A stretch of 36,592 bases of DNA from a virus (Duplodnaviria; Caudoviricetes). The position numbers were made by a program, and so were the translations under genes. Position 1 is the stretch's first letter. Every line of letters starts with the position of its first letter. Location: positions 1 to 36,592 of the IMG/VR virus record IMGVR_UViG_3300037780_000219. One strand, written 5' to 3'. Below, in pieces: positions 34,357 to 36,592 of the stretch. A model generated the notes under the pieces. It saw only the letters and a program-made list of their open reading frames with translations. It searched no databases and was not told the DNA's origin.

Positions 34357-35523
34357 ATGGCGAAGACTGCAAAATTAAAGACGTTCAAAGTCTGCAGCAA
34401 GTGCTCAACAGAGAACGCTAAGAATGCCAAGAAATGCAAATCTTGCGGCAAAGAGCGCTTTGAACCCAATTGGGTAAAAGCGCACCGACCACTTAATAGG
34501 CAATTTAGCGTTCAAATCACCGAATCAAATCCGGAATTCGGCGACGTTGCACAGCGCATTACACTGAGCAAATGGTGGCCTGGAGGTCGAGCCACATTCC
34601 ATTTCCCCAAAGCTGGGCAATGGGAGCAAGTTACTGACATCATAAATAACGACTTAGGCCCTAAACTCGGTTGGTCCAATACACAGAAACTAGTAGAGTC
34701 GGCTACCAAAAAAGGTGCAAGCGCAAAGTCTCGCAAAGAGAGCATCGCTAAAATCGCTGAAGACCATCCTGAATTTCTGAAAGAACTGGTTGCTGCTGTA
34801 AATCCTGATAATTTCTCGAAAGTTGAATTTAACGATTTGCTTGAAACTTTCGGCCAAATTAGCGACGTGCTGACAAACGCGAATGCTGGATTTCGAGAAG
34901 CTTATCTAGCAATTGTAAAAAAAATGCCCAAGCAGAAACAAAGGGCTCTTGAAGACTTGGCGCTACTTCTCGAAGGTTGGTCTCTAAACGTTGTTACGAA
35001 TGTCGCTCAGCAAGTTCAATCTCGGCTTGAGACTATCGATCTATTCGAAACTCAAATAGAAGATCCTCGAACATTTGAGATAATTGGGGACAAATCAATT
35101 CATCGCATACTTGAGCGGGCTATGTGGCTCGTAAACGAAGAGTATTGGCTGATGCACTCCAATAGGACGCTTCGTGTCCAAATTGGTGACGAACTCACTA
35201 AGAAAGATAAGAAAAAGTATGGCAATAAACGGCCAGATTTTGTTTGCGGAACAATCGATAAACGGCTAATTATTCTAGAGCTAAAAAGACCCGGCCATAA
35301 ACTTGATATTGAAGATATGAATCAACTTGAAACATATCTTGCTGTTGCCAAAAAATACTTCAAGGCAACTTCAGCGCGAGGTTATCTAGTAGGCTCATCT
35401 ATTGATGATGAGCTGGAACGGAGACTGGAATTTAGGCGAGGCTCCGATATTCTTCTGTACGCCAATGTAATTGAGTCCACCAAGAAGCGATATCACGAGT
35501 TTCTAAAATCACTCGAAGAATAG
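34357..35523 (+). CDS. Integron cassette protein: Zn ribbon plus C-terminal PD-(D/E)XK nuclease-like domain
   Basis: CSKC...CKSC; RPDF...IILELKRP...QLETY; AT-rich; bounded by cassette sites. Confidence 0.8.
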   Translation: MAKTAKLKTFKVCSKCSTENAKNAKKCKSCGKERFEPNWVKAHRPLNRQFSVQITESNPEFGDVAQRITLSKWWPGGRATFHFPKAGQWEQVTDIINNDLGPKLGWSNTQKLVESATKKGASAKSRKESIAKIAEDHPEFLKELVAAVNPDNFSKVEFNDLLETFGQISDVLTNANAGFREAYLAIVKKMPKQKQRALEDLALLLEGWSLNVVTNVAQQVQSRLETIDLFETQIEDPRTFEIIGDKSIHRILERAMWLVNEEYWLMHSNRTLRVQIGDELTKKDKKKYGNKRPDFVCGTIDKRLIILELKRPGHKLDIEDMNQLETYLAVAKKYFKATSARGYLVGSSIDDELERRLEFRRGSDILLYANVIESTKKRYHEFLKSLEE

Positions 35524-35538
35524 TTAAGTGCAATCGAG

Positions 35539-35604
35539 ACATAACAAACAGTTCAATTAAGGACAAACTGCTGCGCAGTTTGCCCATTAACAAGGGCGTT
35601 AGCA
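35539..35604 (+). other. Integron attC site
   Basis: R'' ACATAAC, L'' GTTCAAT / L' ATTAAC with one extra base, central stem CAAACTGC/GCAGTTTG, R' GTTAGCA. Confidence 0.9.
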
Positions 35605-35623
35605 TTCTCGATACTTTAAAATC

Positions 35624-36592
35624 ATGAGTTCCGAAAGAGACCTTACAGGCATAAATTTTTTTATCTGCTCAACGTATGTAGATCTGAGACACTACAGAGA
35701 GGCTGTGATAAATATTCTCAAAAGTCATGCGGCAGTAATAAACTCACAAGAATTTTTTGGCGCAAGATCACAAGAACCATTAGATACTTGCCTAGAAGAA
35801 TTAGAAAGATCACAAGTATTCATCCTAATCCTAGGCCCCAGGTTGGGCTCTATCCATGAGGAAACTGGCAAGTCTTTTATCGAATGTGAGTACTATAAAG
35901 CGACTGAGCTAGGTATACCAAGATTTGCTTACATATTGGATGATGAGCATCCTTTTCCTACAAAGCATGTATCAAAAGGAGAGGACGCTGAACAGCTAAG
36001 AAGATTTATAGAGTCAGTCCGCCGTGAACTTACTATTGACAAGTTCACGACTGCCGAAGATTTATCCAAGAAAGTGTTTGATGACTTACTAAGAGAGCTT
36101 CCTAAGCATGAATTTAAGCTAGGAGATGTAGAAGAGGAATTTAGAGATAGCCCTGTAGAACTACTCAAAAAGTTCTGCGCCCTACCAAAGTTATTTCAAG
36201 GGCGGAATGTTATACTAAAAGGTAAATTTGGAAGTTATACACGAGCCACGGAGAATGAGTGTGATGCATTTTCCTATAGAAATGGATCTGCTATCCGCAG
36301 AGAATTCACACCTAGCGATAAGGATATAGCAAGACTTTTAGATAGCAGGCTCAAAAGGATATATGCGGAAGAAAATGAAGCTCTAGAACTTATTGAGTTA
36401 CCTGAAGATAGGGAGTTGGAAATCATAGTGAAAACAATTCAAGGATCATATTCAACTAAGAAATTCATCTATGGTGATAGAGAGCCCAATCTATATGGAA
36501 TGATTGGCTATGATTCTGACAAAGTGATTGTCAATTATGATACAGAAAACCATCTAATTTATGGCTTAGAATTTGTAGAAGCCGAAAGCTAA
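35624..36592 (+). CDS. Integron cassette protein with N-terminal DUF4062 domain
   Basis: FICSTYVDLRHYREAV...CLEELERSQVFILILGPRLGS...SFIECEYYKA; ends GAAAGCTAA, nearly complementary to the cassette start GTTAGCATTC. Confidence 0.88.
   Translation: MSSERDLTGINFFICSTYVDLRHYREAVINILKSHAAVINSQEFFGARSQEPLDTCLEELERSQVFILILGPRLGSIHEETGKSFIECEYYKATELGIPRFAYILDDEHPFPTKHVSKGEDAEQLRRFIESVRRELTIDKFTTAEDLSKKVFDDLLRELPKHEFKLGDVEEEFRDSPVELLKKFCALPKLFQGRNVILKGKFGSYTRATENECDAFSYRNGSAIRREFTPSDKDIARLLDSRLKRIYAEENEALELIELPEDRELEIIVKTIQGSYSTKKFIYGDREPNLYGMIGYDSDKVIVNYDTENHLIYGLEFVEAES

Overview
Most of the window (1 to ~33820) is a compact, apparently near-complete lambdoid (siphovirus-type) prophage, probably from a gammaproteobacterium. 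Its modules in order are: P4-type tyrosine integrase (5' end probably outside the window), leftward early genes, CI-like repressor, replication initiator with iterons, nin-like genes and a Q-like protein, an unusual lysis cassette (GH108 endolysin, TM+GAF-like protein, class 3 lipase, lipoprotein), lambda-type terminase and portal, a protease-capsid fusion and tail genes with a G/GT frameshift. It ends at a 3' fragment of tRNA-Leu(TAA) (attR). A second, decayed tRNA-Leu copy follows, then AT-rich integron gene cassettes (attC sites, no intI in view) encoding a Zn-ribbon/PD-(D/E)XK protein and a DUF4062 protein. The most striking unexplained signal is a family of six dispersed 94-bp intergenic elements. 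Each has three pseudo-palindromic GATAGC/GCTATC boxes at an exact 44-bp period, with position-conserved motifs inside the 38-nt spacers, and they sit at module junctions across the prophage. Product calls come from motif recognition and synteny only; no database searches were run.
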